Origin: Mobula birostris
Lineage: Eukaryota
DNA: 64,000 bases
NCBI RefSeq assembly: GCF_030028105.1
Contig: NC_092378.1
Span: 22,934,715 to 22,998,714, forward strand
Direction of reading: 5' to 3'
The position numbers and the translations under genes were made by a program. Below are positions 26,666 through 39,869 of this stretch, piece after piece. The first letter of the stretch is position 1, and each line of letters begins with the position of its first letter. Under the pieces are notes generated by a model. The model had not been told where the DNA came from. It was given only the letters and a program-made list of their open reading frames with translations, and did not search any database.

Positions 26666-26874
26666 AAGCGCAAGAGATCCTGCAGATGCTGGAAATCCAG
26701 AGCAACTCACACAAAATGCTGGAGAGGCTCAGCAGGTCAGGCAGCATCTTCGGAAATGAATAAACAGTTGATGTTTCTGGCTGAGACCCTTCATCGGGAC
26801 TGGAAAGGAAGGAGAAAGATGCCAAAATAAAAAGGTGAGGAGAGGGTAAAGAGGAAAAGCTAGAAGGTGATAGG
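26666..26874 (-). mobile_element. Single-arm Penelope-like pLTR insertion
   Basis: 12-bp TSD tccctaataagt (26654-65, 26875-86); decayed hammerhead. Confidence 0.85.
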
Positions 26875-27932
26875 TCCCTAATAAGTTTATGCTTTTTCCG
26901 GATGCAGTAGATCCCATCCCTGAGAATCTTCTTCAATAATTTCCTCACCTCTAATGTAAAGCTCACTGGTCTATAATTTCTTGGTTTGTCTCTAAACCCT
27001 TCATCAACAGGAGAATAACAATGGATGTTCTCAAGTTCTCTGGAACCTCACCTGTGGCTAAAGACAAAGCCTCAATAATTTCCTCTTTTGCCTCTCTAGC
27101 CCTAGCCCTAGCAATACACTAACTCAGCAATGTGGGATAGATCCCATTGATTCCTGGGGACTTATTCACCAATACATTTCATGACCCCTTTTCAATTTCT
27201 CTTCTGCTTCATTGATATTCTTTAAAGGATCTGTCAAATTTCTGATTTCTGAACCTTACGTGTGCTTTTCTTTCTTTTTCATTTTGGCTAAATTTTCAAC
27301 ATCATCCTGAACCTTATTTCTTCCTCACAGGAATGTGTTGGTCCTGAATTCTGACCAGCTGGCCTTCTAATGACTCCCACAAGACAGATGCAGACTTACA
27401 CAATTACAGCTGCTCCCAATCTATTTTCCTGAGCTCCTGCCTGATAATTTTGTAACTGGCCTTTTCAGGCTTATCCAGGCTTATCCTTATGCATCATTAC
27501 CTGAAAACTTATAGTCACTGTTCCCAAAATGCTCTTCCATTGAAACCCCAATCACCTAGCCAGGCTCAGTTTCAAATACAATATCTTCTTTGGCTGGATT
27601 ATCTACATACTGTGTCAATAAATACTCCCTGATCTTGCTCTCCTCTGTGTCTTTGCTGTCCTCGATGTCTATGTCCCACCTAACTAAATCTTTCCCATCT
27701 GTGCCTTTGGCACCAAGAGAATGCTAGTCAACATTTTGGAAATTGAACTCACCAACTACAACTGCCCTATAGCTTTTATATTTTTCCATAATCTTCTTAC
27801 ATATCTGTTCCTTTAACTCCCACTGGCTATTGAGAGAGCAGTAGCATAACCCTATCATAATGATTATACCTTTTTTATTCCTGAACTCTACCATCTTGCC
27901 TTCCTAGATGAGCCAATCATAATGCCTTAAGG

Positions 27933-29150
27933 CAGCAGACCCCAACCACTGGGCCGCGGACCGGTACCGGGCCGCAAGGCATGTGCTACCGGGCCGCGAG
28001 GAAATTATATGATTTGGCGATATGAGTCAGCTGCACCTTTTCTCATTCCCTGTCATGCCCTGTTGAGCTTGAACGCGAGTGAGGTCATTACCCACGTGTC
28101 AGCCGTGTCAGCGAGGGAAGGAGATCAACTCCTCGAGCTTGCAAATGATGGCGGGCTGAAAAGTATGTTTGACATAACATCTCTGCTGGCATTCCGGATC
28201 TAAGTCAAGGCTAAATATCCTGAGATAGCCACGAAAACACTGAAAACTTTGCTTCCACTTCCAACATATCTCTGCAATTAATGAAACGAAAACTAAATTG
28301 CGGAATAGTCTGGACATAAGGAACCCCCTTCGAGTATCACTGTCTCCCATCACCTCTCGATAGGACCGTATTGTTGCAGGGAAACAAGCCCAGGGCTCCC
28401 ACTGGTTCAGTGATATTGGTGTGTTGTAATGATTTTATATGTTCGTACGAGGAAAATATGTGCTGTGTGTTTAATATCCAAACGTTACTTAAAATGTTAT
28501 GATGCTATTGACTTATAAGTGACTTATATAACCATATAACAATTACAGCATGGAAACAGGCCATCTCTGCCCTTCTAGTCTGTGCCGAATGCTACTCTCT
28601 CCTAGTCCCACCGACCTGCTCTCAGCCCATAACCCTCCATTCCTTTCCTGTCCATATACCTATCCAAATTTTCTTTAAATAATATCGAACCTGCCTCTAC
28701 CACTTCTACTGGAAGTTCATTCAACACTTAATTCAAGCTCCGCTGTCCTTTCCTGATAATTGACTTATCACTATATTCATGTGAAGAAAATACGCGCTGC
28801 GTGTTTAATATTAAATTCATTAGATAAACCCTTTTAGAAATGAAATTGAGTGTATTAGCCACTTATCACCTCTATTCCAGCCATGATTAACACCACACCC
28901 CCTCCCCGGAACAAAATCGCCAAAAACAATTTGTAGAAAAAAATTGGCATGTACACGCATGTGCACTGGTGCCCGCGCAAGGCTTCATGGTCGTTGTAGT
29001 CTTTCTCGGGGTAAACACAATGTATTTGACTGCTACCCTTGTCCGTTGGCGACCATACCCCCCCCCCCCCCCCCGGTCAGCCGGTCCGCAAGAATAAGAA
29101 TATTGTCAATAATAAACCGGTCCACGTGCAAAAAAGGTTGGGGACCCCTG
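27933..29150 (+). mobile_element. Non-autonomous hAT (Charlie/Buster-type) transposon, copy 1
   Basis: TIRs cagcagaccccaacc / ggttggggacccctg; imperfect 8-bp TSD ccttaagg/cctgacgg; transposase dimerization-domain remnant. Confidence 0.88.
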
Positions 29151-29869
29151 CCTGACGGGTCTGATATTTGCCCTGAGCATTAGAGCATCTCCCCTACCTC
29201 TTTTATACCTCATTCAGTGACATCAGAAACATCTCAACCCTAGCATATTGGGCTGTCCTTTCTGCCTTTCTCCCAAACAAGTCGCTTTAATGAATATATC
29301 ACTGTAGCTCTTGCTCAAGAAACTACCCTTTTATCATTAATAGTTCAAAGATGGGGATTCTTAGATATAATTCAGTTCTCAAAATAATGGTTCTTAAAAT
29401 TATTTAATGTCAGCTATTCATGACTTTTCAAAATGAAATAATATCATTTATTGCTCATTATCAAGCACAGACTGAGGAGAAACTTAATATCTTAAACCAG
29501 GAAATTCAAACTGGCCAAATCTTCAACCATCAAAGTACTTGGCCCTCTTTCACAGCTAACAGATGACAATAGCAGTACCAAAACAATTTTTCTTAAACTG
29601 CACAGTTCTTACTACTGCGGCCATAAAAACACACACAGCTATTTTTTTCTTTAAGGTAGTTCCCAATAAAGGGAATAGCAAAAGTCACAGCAACTCTGAT
29701 ATCACTGCGTAAGTCTGAAAGTTTCAGTGAGTGATACCATCTTCTGTTATTGGGCCTCTTTTTTTCAGTCTTCAATGGAGAAAGTGGCAAATAATGGTGA
29801 TTTTATGTTCATATTTTTCTTTCCTGTATTATTCTATCTGGACATAAATCATTGAAAATAATAAATTAA

Positions 29870-30150
29870 AAATGGAGGAGTAACACCTTATGTTCCATCT
29901 GGGTGACTTCCTAACCGATGGGATGAATATCAATTTCTCCTTCCAGTAAAATAATTTTCCCTCCCCCTTCCCTCTTTTTCTATTCCCTACTCTGGCCTCT
30001 TACCTCTCTTCACCGGCTTATCACTTCCCCCTGAGTCTACTACTCCTTCCCTTTCTCCTATCAGATTCCTTCCTCTCCAGCCCTTTACCTTTCCTACCCA
30101 CTTGGCTTCACCTATCACCTTCCAGTTATCCTCCTTGTCCTCACTCCCCA
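29870..30150 (+). mobile_element. Old Penelope-like 3' fragment
   Basis: MEE*HLMFHLG...DGMNINFS* followed by pyrimidine-rich pLTR sequence. Confidence 0.7.
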
Positions 30151-32034
30151 AACACCAAAGCAAAATTAGAGGGAAAAACAGAGGATTGGGAAGCTTTTAA
30201 AATCCTACAGAGAGCAACTAGAAGAATCATTCGAAAGGAAAAGATGAAATATGAAAGTAAGCTGGCAAACAATATCAAAGTGGATAGTAAAAGCTTTTTC
30301 AAGTGTGTAAGAAATAAAAGAGAGATAAGAGTGGATATAGGACTGCTAGAAAATGAGGCCAAAGAAATAATAATGGGGGCCAAGGAAATGGCAGATGAAC
30401 TAAATGAGTATTTTGCATTGGTCTTCACTGTGGAAGACACTAGCAGTGTGCCAGATGTTGAAGAGGGTGAGGGAAGAGAAGTGAGTGCAGTTTCTATTAC
30501 AAAAGAGAATGTGCTCAAAAAGCTGAAAGACCTAAGGGTACATAAGTCATACACCAGATGAATTGTACCTTTGGTTCTGAAAGAGGTAGCAGTAGAGATT
30601 GTGGAGGCATTATTAGTGATCTTTCAAAAATCTTTGGATTCTGGCATGGTGCCAAAGGACTGGAAAATTGCAATTGTCACTTCACTCTTTAAGAAAGGAG
30701 GAAGGCAGCGAAAAGGAAATTATAGACCAGTTAACCTGACCTCAGTGGTTGGGAAGATGTTAGAATCAATTGTTAAGGATGAGGTGATGGAGTACTTGGT
30801 GACACAGGACAAGATAGGACAAAGTCAGCATGGTTTCCCTCAGGGAAAATCTTGCCTGACAAACCTGTTGGAATTCTTTGAGAAGATGACACGTAGGATA
30901 GATAAAGGGGATGCAGTGAATGTTGTATATTTGGACTTTCAGAAGGCCTTTGGCAAGGTGCCACACATGAGGCTGCTTACCAAATTAAGAGCCCATGATA
31001 TTACAGGAAAGTTACTAGCATGGTTTGAGAATTGGTTGATTGGTAGGAGGCAGCGAGTGGGAATAAAAGGATCCTTTTCTGGTTGACTGCCAATGATTAG
31101 TGGTGCTCCACAGAGGTTGGTGTTGGGACCACTTCTTTTTTATGCTGTATATCAATGATTTAGATGATGGAGTAGGTGGCTTTGTTGCCAAGTTTGTAGA
31201 GGATACAAAGATTGGTGAAGGGACAAGTAGTGTTGAGGAAACAAGTAGGCTGTAGAAGGACTTAGACAGATTAGGAGAATGGGCAAGAGAGTGGCAAATG
31301 AAATACAACATTGGGAAAATGCATGGTCATGTACTTTGGTAGTAGAAATAAATATGCAGACTATTTTCTAAACGGGGAGAAAATCCAAAAATCTGAGTTG
31401 CAAAGGAATTTGGGAGTCCTTGTGCAGAGCACCCTAAGGGTTAACTTACAGATTAAGTCGGTTGTAAGGAAGGCAAATGCGATGTTAGCATTCATTTCAA
31501 GAGGCCTAGAATACAAGAGCAGGGATGTGATCCTGAGGCCTCTCCTGGAGTATCGTGAACAGTTTTGGGCTCTTCGACTAAGTAAGCATGTGTTGGCATT
31601 GGAGAGGGTTCAGAGGAGTTTCACAAGAATGATTCTGAAAATGAAAGGGTTATCATATGAGGAGCATTTGATAGCTCTGGGTCTGTATTCACTGGAATTT
31701 AGAAGGGTGAGGGGGGACCTCATTGAAACTTTTCGAATATTGAAAGGCCTGGACAGAGTCAATGTGGAAAGGATGTTTCCGATGGTGGGGGAAGTCCAGG
31801 ACAAGAGGGCACAGCCTCAGGATAGAGGGGTGTCCACTTAAAACAGAAATGTGGAGAAATGTCTTTAGCCAGAGGGTGGTGAATTTGTATAATTTATTAC
31901 CACTTGTATCTGTGGAGACCAGGTCATTGGGACGAAGTTGATAGGTTCTTGATTGGATATAGCATCAAAGGTTATGGGGAGAGGCTGGGGAGTGGGGCTG
32001 AGGAGGGGAGAAGAAGATCAGCCATGATTGAATG

Positions 32035-33402
32035 CAAACAACAGGAATTCTGCAGATGCTGGAAATTCAAGCAACACACATCAAAGTTGCTGGTGAACGC
32101 AGCAGGCCAGGCAGCATCTGTAGGAAGAGGTGCAGTCGACGTTTCAGGCCGAGACCCTTCATCAAGACTAACTGAAGGAAGAGTGAGTAAGGGATTTGAA
32201 AGTAGGAGGGGGAGGGGGAGATCCAAAATGATAGGAGAAGACAGGAGGGGGAGGGATAGAGCCAAGAGCTGGACAGGTGATAGGCAAAAGGGGATACGAG
32301 AGGATCATGGGACAGGAGATCCGGGAAGAAAGACAAGGAGGTGGGGGGGGGGGACCCAGAGGATGGGCAAGAGGTATATTCAGAGGGACAGAGGGAGAAA
32401 AAGGAGAGTGAGAGAAAGAATGTGTGCATAAAAATAAGTAACATATGGGGTACGGGGGTCCGCCACCTCCAACGGGATCCCACCACTAAGCACATCTTTC
32501 CCTCCCCCACCCCTGCATTCCGCAGGGATCGCTCCCTACGCAACTCCCTTGTCCATTCGTCCCCCCCCATCCCTCCCCACTGATCTCCCTCCTGGCACTT
32601 ATCCGTGTAAGCAGAACAAGTGCTACACATGCCCTTACACTTCCTCCCTTACCACCATTCAGGGCCCCAAACAGTCCTTCCAGGTGAGGCAACACTTCAC
32701 CTGTGAGTCGATTGGGGTGATATACTGCATCCGGTGCTCCCGATGTGGCCTTTTATATATTGGCGAGACCCGACGCAGACTAGGAGACCGCTTTGCTGAA
32801 CATCTATGCTCTGTCTGCCAGAGAAAGCAGGATCTCCCAGTGGCCACACATTTTAATTCCACATCCCATTCCCATTCTGACATGTCTATCCACGGCCTCC
32901 TCTACTGTAAAGATGAAGCCACACTCAGGTTGGAGGAACAACACCTTATATTCCGTCTGGGTAGCCTCCAACCTGATGGCATGAACATCCACTTCTCTAA
33001 CTTCTGCTAATGCCCCACTTCCCCCTTGTACCCCATCTGTTACTTATTTTTATGCACACATTCTTTCTCTCACTCTCCTTTTTCTCCCTCTGTCCCTCTG
33101 AATATACCTCTTGCCCATCCTCTGGGTCCCCCCCCCCCCTTGTCTTTCTTCCCGGACCTTCTGTCCCATGATCCTCTCATATCCCCTTTTGCCTATCACC
33201 TGTCCAGCTCTTGGCTCTATCCCTCCCCCTCCTGTCTTCTCCTATCATTTTGGATCTCCCCCTCCCCCTCCTACTTTCAAATCCCTTACTCACTCTTCCT
33301 TCAGTTAGTCCTGACGAAGGGTCTCGGCCTGAAACGTCGACTGCACCTCTTCCTAGAGATGTTGCCTGGCCTGCTGTGTTCACCAGCAACTTTGATGTGT
33401 GT
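32035..33402 (+). mobile_element. Penelope-like element (Neptune-like), fold-back: inverted pLTR 32035-~32457 plus GIY-YIG body and pLTR
   Basis: 15-bp TSD agccatgattgaatg (32020-34, 33403-17); ORF 32549-33010 with Cys linker CKQNKCYTC and endonuclease VIYCIRCSRCGLLYIGET..L.DRFAEH. Confidence 0.93.
33307..33342 (+). ncRNA. Minimal type I hammerhead ribozyme motif in PLE pLTR (predicted cleavage after C33338)
   Basis: AGUC-CUGACGA-AGGGUCUCGGCCU-GAAA-CG-UC-GACU: stem I AGUC/GACU, intact core, stem II hairpin, palindromic ACGU in place of stem III. Confidence 0.8.
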
Positions 33403-35224
33403 AGCCATGATTGAATGGCAGAGCAGACTCGATGGGCCAAATAGTTTAATTCTGCTCCTATGTCTTATGGTCTTATAGTCTAATTTGATTTCAATATATC
33501 TTTTTAACTGTAAAAGAAACTAATACTGCAAAAGTTTTATCTTATTTATACATGGAAAACCTATGAACAATTCAGTAAAGAATAAATATAAAAGAATCTC
33601 TCAGTATTCAGTCCTTATTTTGTTATGATAACATTATGAATGTAATATTTATAGAAATGACAGGTTGCAAAATCTCCTCAGTGGTCTGGATTAGAACTTC
33701 TCTGTGTTGTACGTGTCCTTTATGGTCTGAGGCAGACAACGTTATGACTCCTCACAGTCTCTGGTGACCAATGTGTTGACATCAAGAGAAGCTGAATACA
33801 TTATACAGGAGCAGTTACGAAGGTCACTTTTGACTTAATAAATCTTCCATGCAGGCAGTTTAAATAAGACAATGTTACAGTTAATTAAAATTAACACTAT
33901 GTTCCCAAATTTCAAAGATTGCACTAGTTTAGAAATTATGCCAAAACAGGGAAAAAAATAATTAGTGTAAATCCCTATTTCAAAACTGGAGCAGAATCTA
34001 CATAAAATATAGTTTAATTTCTGCATGGATGCTGTGAATTCACATGAACAACAGGTATAGACATACTTTAAAACATAATTTCAAGTTGTAAACTATTAAA
34101 AGAAGGAAGCAAAATTGTAAATTGATAAAAGTAAAATGTGGGTGGTGTCAAAAGGAACATTGTTCGGTTGAATCTTCCAGCTGAGGTAATGGAATCTCCC
34201 TAACTCTTTCAATTGATGCTGACCAATTCCATGACAATTTTCATTGTGCTCTGTTCTTATTTCAGACTTACAGCTGCTCTGTTTCTCACGATGGAACATA
34301 GAACACGAAGAAGCAAGCATAGTACAGGCCCTTCGGCCCACAATTTATGCTGATCTGTACAAACCTACATAATCAGTCTCACACTTCTTATAGAACATAG
34401 AGCTTTAGAAACAACACACAAAAATACTGGAGGAACTTAGCAAATCAGGCAGCATCTACAGAGAGGAATAGAATTCTTATAGATAATTATCTTTTGTTTT
34501 GATTTATGCAGCACATTCTTCAATGTAAACATATGCAAGAACATAAATGCTTTTTTAAAAGAAATGATAAAGCAGGCAATAGATGTAGGAAAGCCACAGG
34601 TAGTACCTGAAGAATGATCTATAATTTAGAAAGGATATTTGGCATTTTGCGTTTGGCCGATCCCACAATCTGGAATTGATACTTATGGTCCTTGTTGTAT
34701 GTACTTAACTGACCTGGGTGTTGAGGATCCATTTCACTGGCCCTGGGAAGCAGGAAGTGAGGTTTCGGCAGCAATAAGGCTTCAGGCAGCATACTGCAAC
34801 CGCCACAACTCCAGAACAAGCCAGACCTGGCAGGAGGAAAATTAAAGATGGTATTTTTACTTTTATCAAAACTATGATGGTGTTTCTTTTTTCATGTTTG
34901 GCATTCAAACATATTAAATGTATATTAAAATAGACAATTTTAAAATGGATTTTTAAACAACTGATAAATAATACATTGAAAAACTTACAAATCATTAAAA
35001 CATATAAGTAATGTAAAATATTTTAAAATAATAAATTACTTATTCCACAGACAGTAAATCTCCACTCAAAAGAATAGCATTTTGCTGGGGAGTTTCTGTG
35101 TCTGACTTGCCTGCTTGGATTCCAGCAATGAACAACAGGATCTGAATATATCCAGGACAGGGTCACTTCAAAACTTCTGACCACAGCCAGGAAGATATGG
35201 CTCTGGAATTGGTCCTAACTTCAT

Positions 35225-36915
35225 TTCCCCATTTGCATGATCCTAACCTTCTCCATTGACAGCACATCCTATCCTAGATAAGGGGCCAAAACTGCTCACA
35301 ATACTCCAAGTGATACCTCACCAGTGCTTTATAACAGTGGTCCCCAACCACCGGGCCGCGAGGAAATGATATGATTTGGCGATATGAGTCAGCTGCACCT
35401 TTCCTCATTCCCTGTCACGCCCACTGTTGAGCTTGAACGCACGCGAGGTCATTACCCGCGCGTCATCCATGTCAGCGCCGGAAGGAGATAAACTCTTCGA
35501 GCGTACAAATGACGGTGGGCTGAAAAGTATGTTTGACATAACATCTCTGCTGGCATTCTGGATCAAAGTCAAGGCTAAATATCCTGAGATAGCCACGAAA
35601 GCACTGAAAACGTTGCTTCCATTTCCAACATATCTCTGCAATGAATGCAACGAAAAGTAAATTGCAGAATAGCCTGGACATAAGGAACCCTCTTCGAGTG
35701 TCACTGTCTCCCATCACCCCTCGATAGGACCGTCTTGTTGCAGGAAAACAAGCCCAGGGCTCCCACTGACTCAGCAATATTGGTGTGTTGCAATGGTTTT
35801 ATATGTTCATACGAGGAAAGTATGCGCTGTGTGTTTAATATCCAAACGTTACTTAAAATGTGATGATGCTATTGACTTATAAGTGACTTATATAACCATA
35901 TAACAATTACAGCACAGAAACAGGCCATCTCGGCCCTTCTAGTCAGTGCCGAACGCTACTCTCGCCTAGTCCCACCGACCTGCACTCAGCCCATAACCCT
36001 CCATTCCTTTCCTGTCCATATACCTATCCAATTTTTCTTTAAATGATAATATCGAACCTGCCTCTACCACTTCTACTGGAAGTTCGTTCAACACTTTCTT
36101 CAAGCTCCCCGTCCTCCCTTGATAATTGTCATCACTACATTCATGCGAGGAAAATATGCGCTGTGTGATTAATATTAAATTTGTTCGATAAACCCTTTTA
36201 GAAACGAAATTGAGTGTATTAGCCACTTATCACCTATATTCCGGTCGTGATTAACACCCCCCCCCCCCCCGGGTATAGAACCGCAAAAATGATTTGCAGG
36301 AAAAAAATCATCAGCAGGTACACGCATGCGCACTGGTGCCCGCGCAAGGCTTCATGGTCATTGTAGTCTTTCTCTGGGTAAACACAACGTATTTGACTGC
36401 TACTCTTGTCTGTTGGCAACCCTACCCCAGTCGGCCGGTCCGCAAAAATATTGTCAATATTAAACTGGTCCGCAGTGCAAAAAAGGTTGGGGACCCCTGC
36501 TTTATAAAGCCTCAACATTACATCCTTGTTTTTATCTTGCGGTCCTCTTGAAATGAATGCCAACATCACATTAACCTTCATCACCACCAACTTAACCTGC
36601 AAGTTAACCTTTAGGGAATCCAGCACAAAGACTGCCAAGTCTGTTTGTACCACAGATTTTTAAATTTTCTCTTCATTTAGGAAATAGTCTATGCCTTTAC
36701 TTCTTCTAGCAAAGTGCATAACCATACACTTCCCAAAACAGTTTTCTATCTGCCACCTCTTTGTCCATTCTCTTAATCTGTATATGTCCTTCTGTAGCCT
36801 CTCTACTTCCTCAAAACTACCTAACCCTCCACCTATCTTTGTATCATCCACAAACTTTGCACAAAGCCATCCATTCTGTCATCCAAATCATTGACATATA
36901 ACATAAAAGGAAGCG
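35225..36915 (-). mobile_element. CR1 LINE fragment interrupted by a hAT element
   Basis: DDTKIGG...RLQKDIYRLREWTKRWQ; LAFISRG. Confidence 0.8.
35335..36499 (+). mobile_element. Non-autonomous hAT (Charlie/Buster-type) transposon, copy 2
   Basis: TIRs cagtggtccccaacc / ggttggggacccctg; perfect 8-bp TSD ctttataa (35327-34, 36500-07); SLLAFWIKVKAKYPEIATKALKTLLPFPTYLC. Confidence 0.93.
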
Positions 36916-36917
36916 GT

Positions 36918-37368
36918 ATCTTCATATATCGTCTAGGTAGTCCCTCATATACCGTCTAGGTAGTCTCCAGCCCCTTGGTATGAACATAGAATTCTCCAAC
37001 TTCTGGTAATTCCCCCCCTCCCTTCTCCTATCCCTATGTCACTCTGCCCCCTCCCCCAGCTGCCTACCACTTCCCTCATGGTTCCGCCTCCTTCTACTAC
37101 CCATTGTGTTTTCCCCTATTCATTCTTCACCTTTCCTGCCTATCACCTCCCTGCCTCCCCCCCCCCACCCCTTTATCTTTCCCCTTACTGTTTTTTTACC
37201 TGGAACCTACCAGCCTTCTCCCTCCCACCCTCCCCCCACCTTCTTTTTAGGGCCTCTGCCCCTTCCCCCTACAGTCCTGACGAAGGGTTCTGGCCCGAAA
37301 CGTCGACTAATCATTTTCACGGATGCTGCCCGACCTGCTGAGTTGCTCCAGCGCGTTGTGAGTGTTCC
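36918..37368 (+). mobile_element. Penelope-like 3' fragment, second subfamily
   Basis: LIYRLGSLQPLGMNIEFSNFW* followed by a pLTR with a hammerhead motif. Confidence 0.85.
37273..37308 (+). ncRNA. Minimal type I hammerhead ribozyme motif (second PLE subfamily)
   Basis: AGUC-CUGACGA-A-GGGUUCUGGCCC-GAAA-CG-UC-GACU; loop differs from the 33.3-kb copy while core and stems are kept. Confidence 0.78.
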
Positions 37369-38945
37369 CTTAACAGACTTACTATTGCCTCACTGGCTAT
37401 ATCAACTTCTGTGTGGACACTGTAATACCATCAAGGAGTGTTTGCTGCTTCCCTAACAACAAACCATGGGTCACCAGTGATCTAAAGGTTCATCTCAACC
37501 ACAAAAAGCAAGCAATCAGATTAGGAGACAGGGAAGAATTCGAACATGTGCCGAGGGAGCTAAAGGAGAAGATCAAGAGGGCTAAACAGCAAAGCAGGAG
37601 AGAGCTGGAGAACAAGCTTGCGCAGAGTAGCACACAGGAGGTATGAAGAACATCATTAGCTTTAGAGCCTTTGCAGCTGTGAGTGGGATAATGAGTTAAG
37701 CCAATTCTTCAATAGGTTTGACAATTGCCCTCCTGCTCACACCCCTCTCAGCACTCTAGTCCAGCTGCGAGGCAACCAATCCTCACTCAGCACCACTGCT
37801 TCCCTCCTCCCTCCTCCCTCTCCAGTTCAACACGAGGATGAACAACACAAGCTCCCACTGTCTACTTACCCTCCTTGCCCTGCATCTACCATCCACACCT
37901 CCGCATACCAACTGCTATCATCCCAAACTTCACCTCCCCCAGTCCCCTCCTTCCACCAACTCCTCAGTCATCATTGACTCACCTTCACTACGGAGCAGGT
38001 GAGAAGGGCTCTGGGGAAACTCGGGACAGGGCAAAGCATTGAGACCAGACCGTGTGAACCCCTGGTCCTGGAGGAGTGTGTTGAGCAGCTGTGTGGAGTT
38101 CTGCAGCGCATTTTCAATCTGAGTCTCAGCCTGGAAAGGGTCCCGACTGTGTGGAAAACATCATGTGTGGTTCCAGTAACCAAATAGGGCCAATTGAAAG
38201 TTCTGAATGACTACCGTCCAGTGGTCCTGAACTCGCACATCATGAAGCCCCTAGAAAGGCTGGTCCTAGCTCACTGGCAACCCCTAGTCAGATCAGCCCT
38301 CGAGGCCCTGCAGTTTGCCTACCAGGAGCACACTGGAGTCAACAATCCTGCTGAATATACTCCCATTTGGATAAGCAGGGCAGCACTGTGAGGATCATGT
38401 TTTTTGATTTCTCAAATGCCTTCAATACCATACAGCCCTCATTGCTGGAGAAAAAGCTCCATTCAATACAGATGGGCTCTTCTATTGTATCCTGGATAAT
38501 GAACTACCTGAGTGGCAAACCAAAGTTAGTGCGGCTTCAGAGCTGTGTGTCAGGCATAGATATAAGCAGCACTGGGGAGCCACAGGGGACTGTATTGGCT
38601 CCCTTCCTGTTTGCCCTGTATACCTGGGACTTCAGATACAAGAATGAGTCATGACATCTGCAGAAGTTCTCTGATGACTCAGGAATAGTTGGGTGTATAA
38701 AGGGAGGACAGAAGGATGAATACAGAGCCCTGGTGGAGGACTTCATTAAATGGTGCTTGCTGAATCATCTGCAGCTCGGGACAGTAAGACAGAGGAGATG
38801 GTGACTGACTTAAGGAAGAAAAAACCTGTAATGCTCCCTGTTACTATTGATGGTGAGGACGTGGATGTGGTGAGGACCTACAAGTACCTGGGGGTGCATG
38901 TGGATGACAGACTTGAGTGAAGCACCAACACAAAGGCTTGTGTAC

Positions 38946-39711
38946 TGTCATGTGACCAGCAACAATGAATATATAATTGAGTCAAGTTTTATAAACAAAC
39001 ATAAACATTTATTTAACTCTGCTCAACAATTGCGAAAAGTATTCAAACAACTAATTTAACCAGAAGTTAACTGCTATACGGCAACTCTGGAACAGTTCTT
39101 AAAATGGTAAATTCGAAAGTCCAAGTGAACACAGTCAATTAGGAGAGACTTCTCTGGAAACGGATTTCTTCGGAGACATGACGTTACTGCTGGTTCTGTC
39201 CAAAGGATTCATGATGAAGGAAATAAAATGGCTTAAAGGAACTGACCTTTTCCTGGCAAATGGACACTGCCAAAAACCTTCCTGATATTACAGGGGTTAT
39301 CTCAGATGCAGGTCACTATTTCTGAATGAAGATTCAATCAGGTCGATCCTATATGAAACTGCCGAATGACACCAACTTTACTCAATCCTTCAGGTTCCCG
39401 TACTTACTAAGGTCTTCACTCTCCAATACTAGACTTACAATAGAAAGTAAAACTCCACTTTAAAACAGAACTGTGTCATGAGACGAATACGCAACATAAC
39501 GGAGTAACTAACAAATTAAACAATGAACTAAATTGCATAACGACAGGGGTTACCCATTATATACCTGTTGAGAACATGTCATCACGTGACCTCACACTGG
39601 CGGGAAAATCACATCACCCCACCATCACAAGACCATTAGATCATGCTCACAAGATACTCACTTACATCATGGCCATTAGACAGTCACAAGGTACCCACGA
39701 GGTATGTAACA
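38946..39711 (-). repeat. 3' LTR of the Gmr1-like element
   Basis: Direct repeat of 45643-46428; preceded on the - strand by purine tract GGAGGGTGG (39712-39720). Confidence 0.93.
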
Positions 39712-39869
39712 CCACCCTCCAAAAAAGGAAAATTTTTGGTCTTTTATGAGCAAAATTTTAACAACTATTTACAAAAAAACACGCATGTATAAAACCTACA
39801 ACATACACAATATACACAGTATTATCATACAGAACCTTCCCTCCATCAAAAAAAATTTACATTGTACAT

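Larger units (their letters stand above)
25790..27620 (-). mobile_element. Old CR1 LINE remnant with nested SINE and PLE
   Basis: EYCVQFWSLHYRKD motif; typical CR1 3' end near 25790. Confidence 0.65.
30151..33478 (+). mobile_element. CR1 LINE (ORF2 RT region, frameshifted) with a PLE inserted near its 3' end
   Basis: GNYRPVNLTSVVGKMLE, QHGF..GKSCLTNLLEFFE and YLDFQKAFGKVPH; tail tgtcttatggtcttat. Confidence 0.93.

Noticed and set aside
31904-33478. Many overlapping, repeated ORFs (MALSLPLLSSP..., ...GRGAVDVSGRDPSS...), also at 43-44 and 63-64 kb
   Set aside because: Chance open frames across the purine/pyrimidine-skewed PLE pLTR; not a repeated protein family
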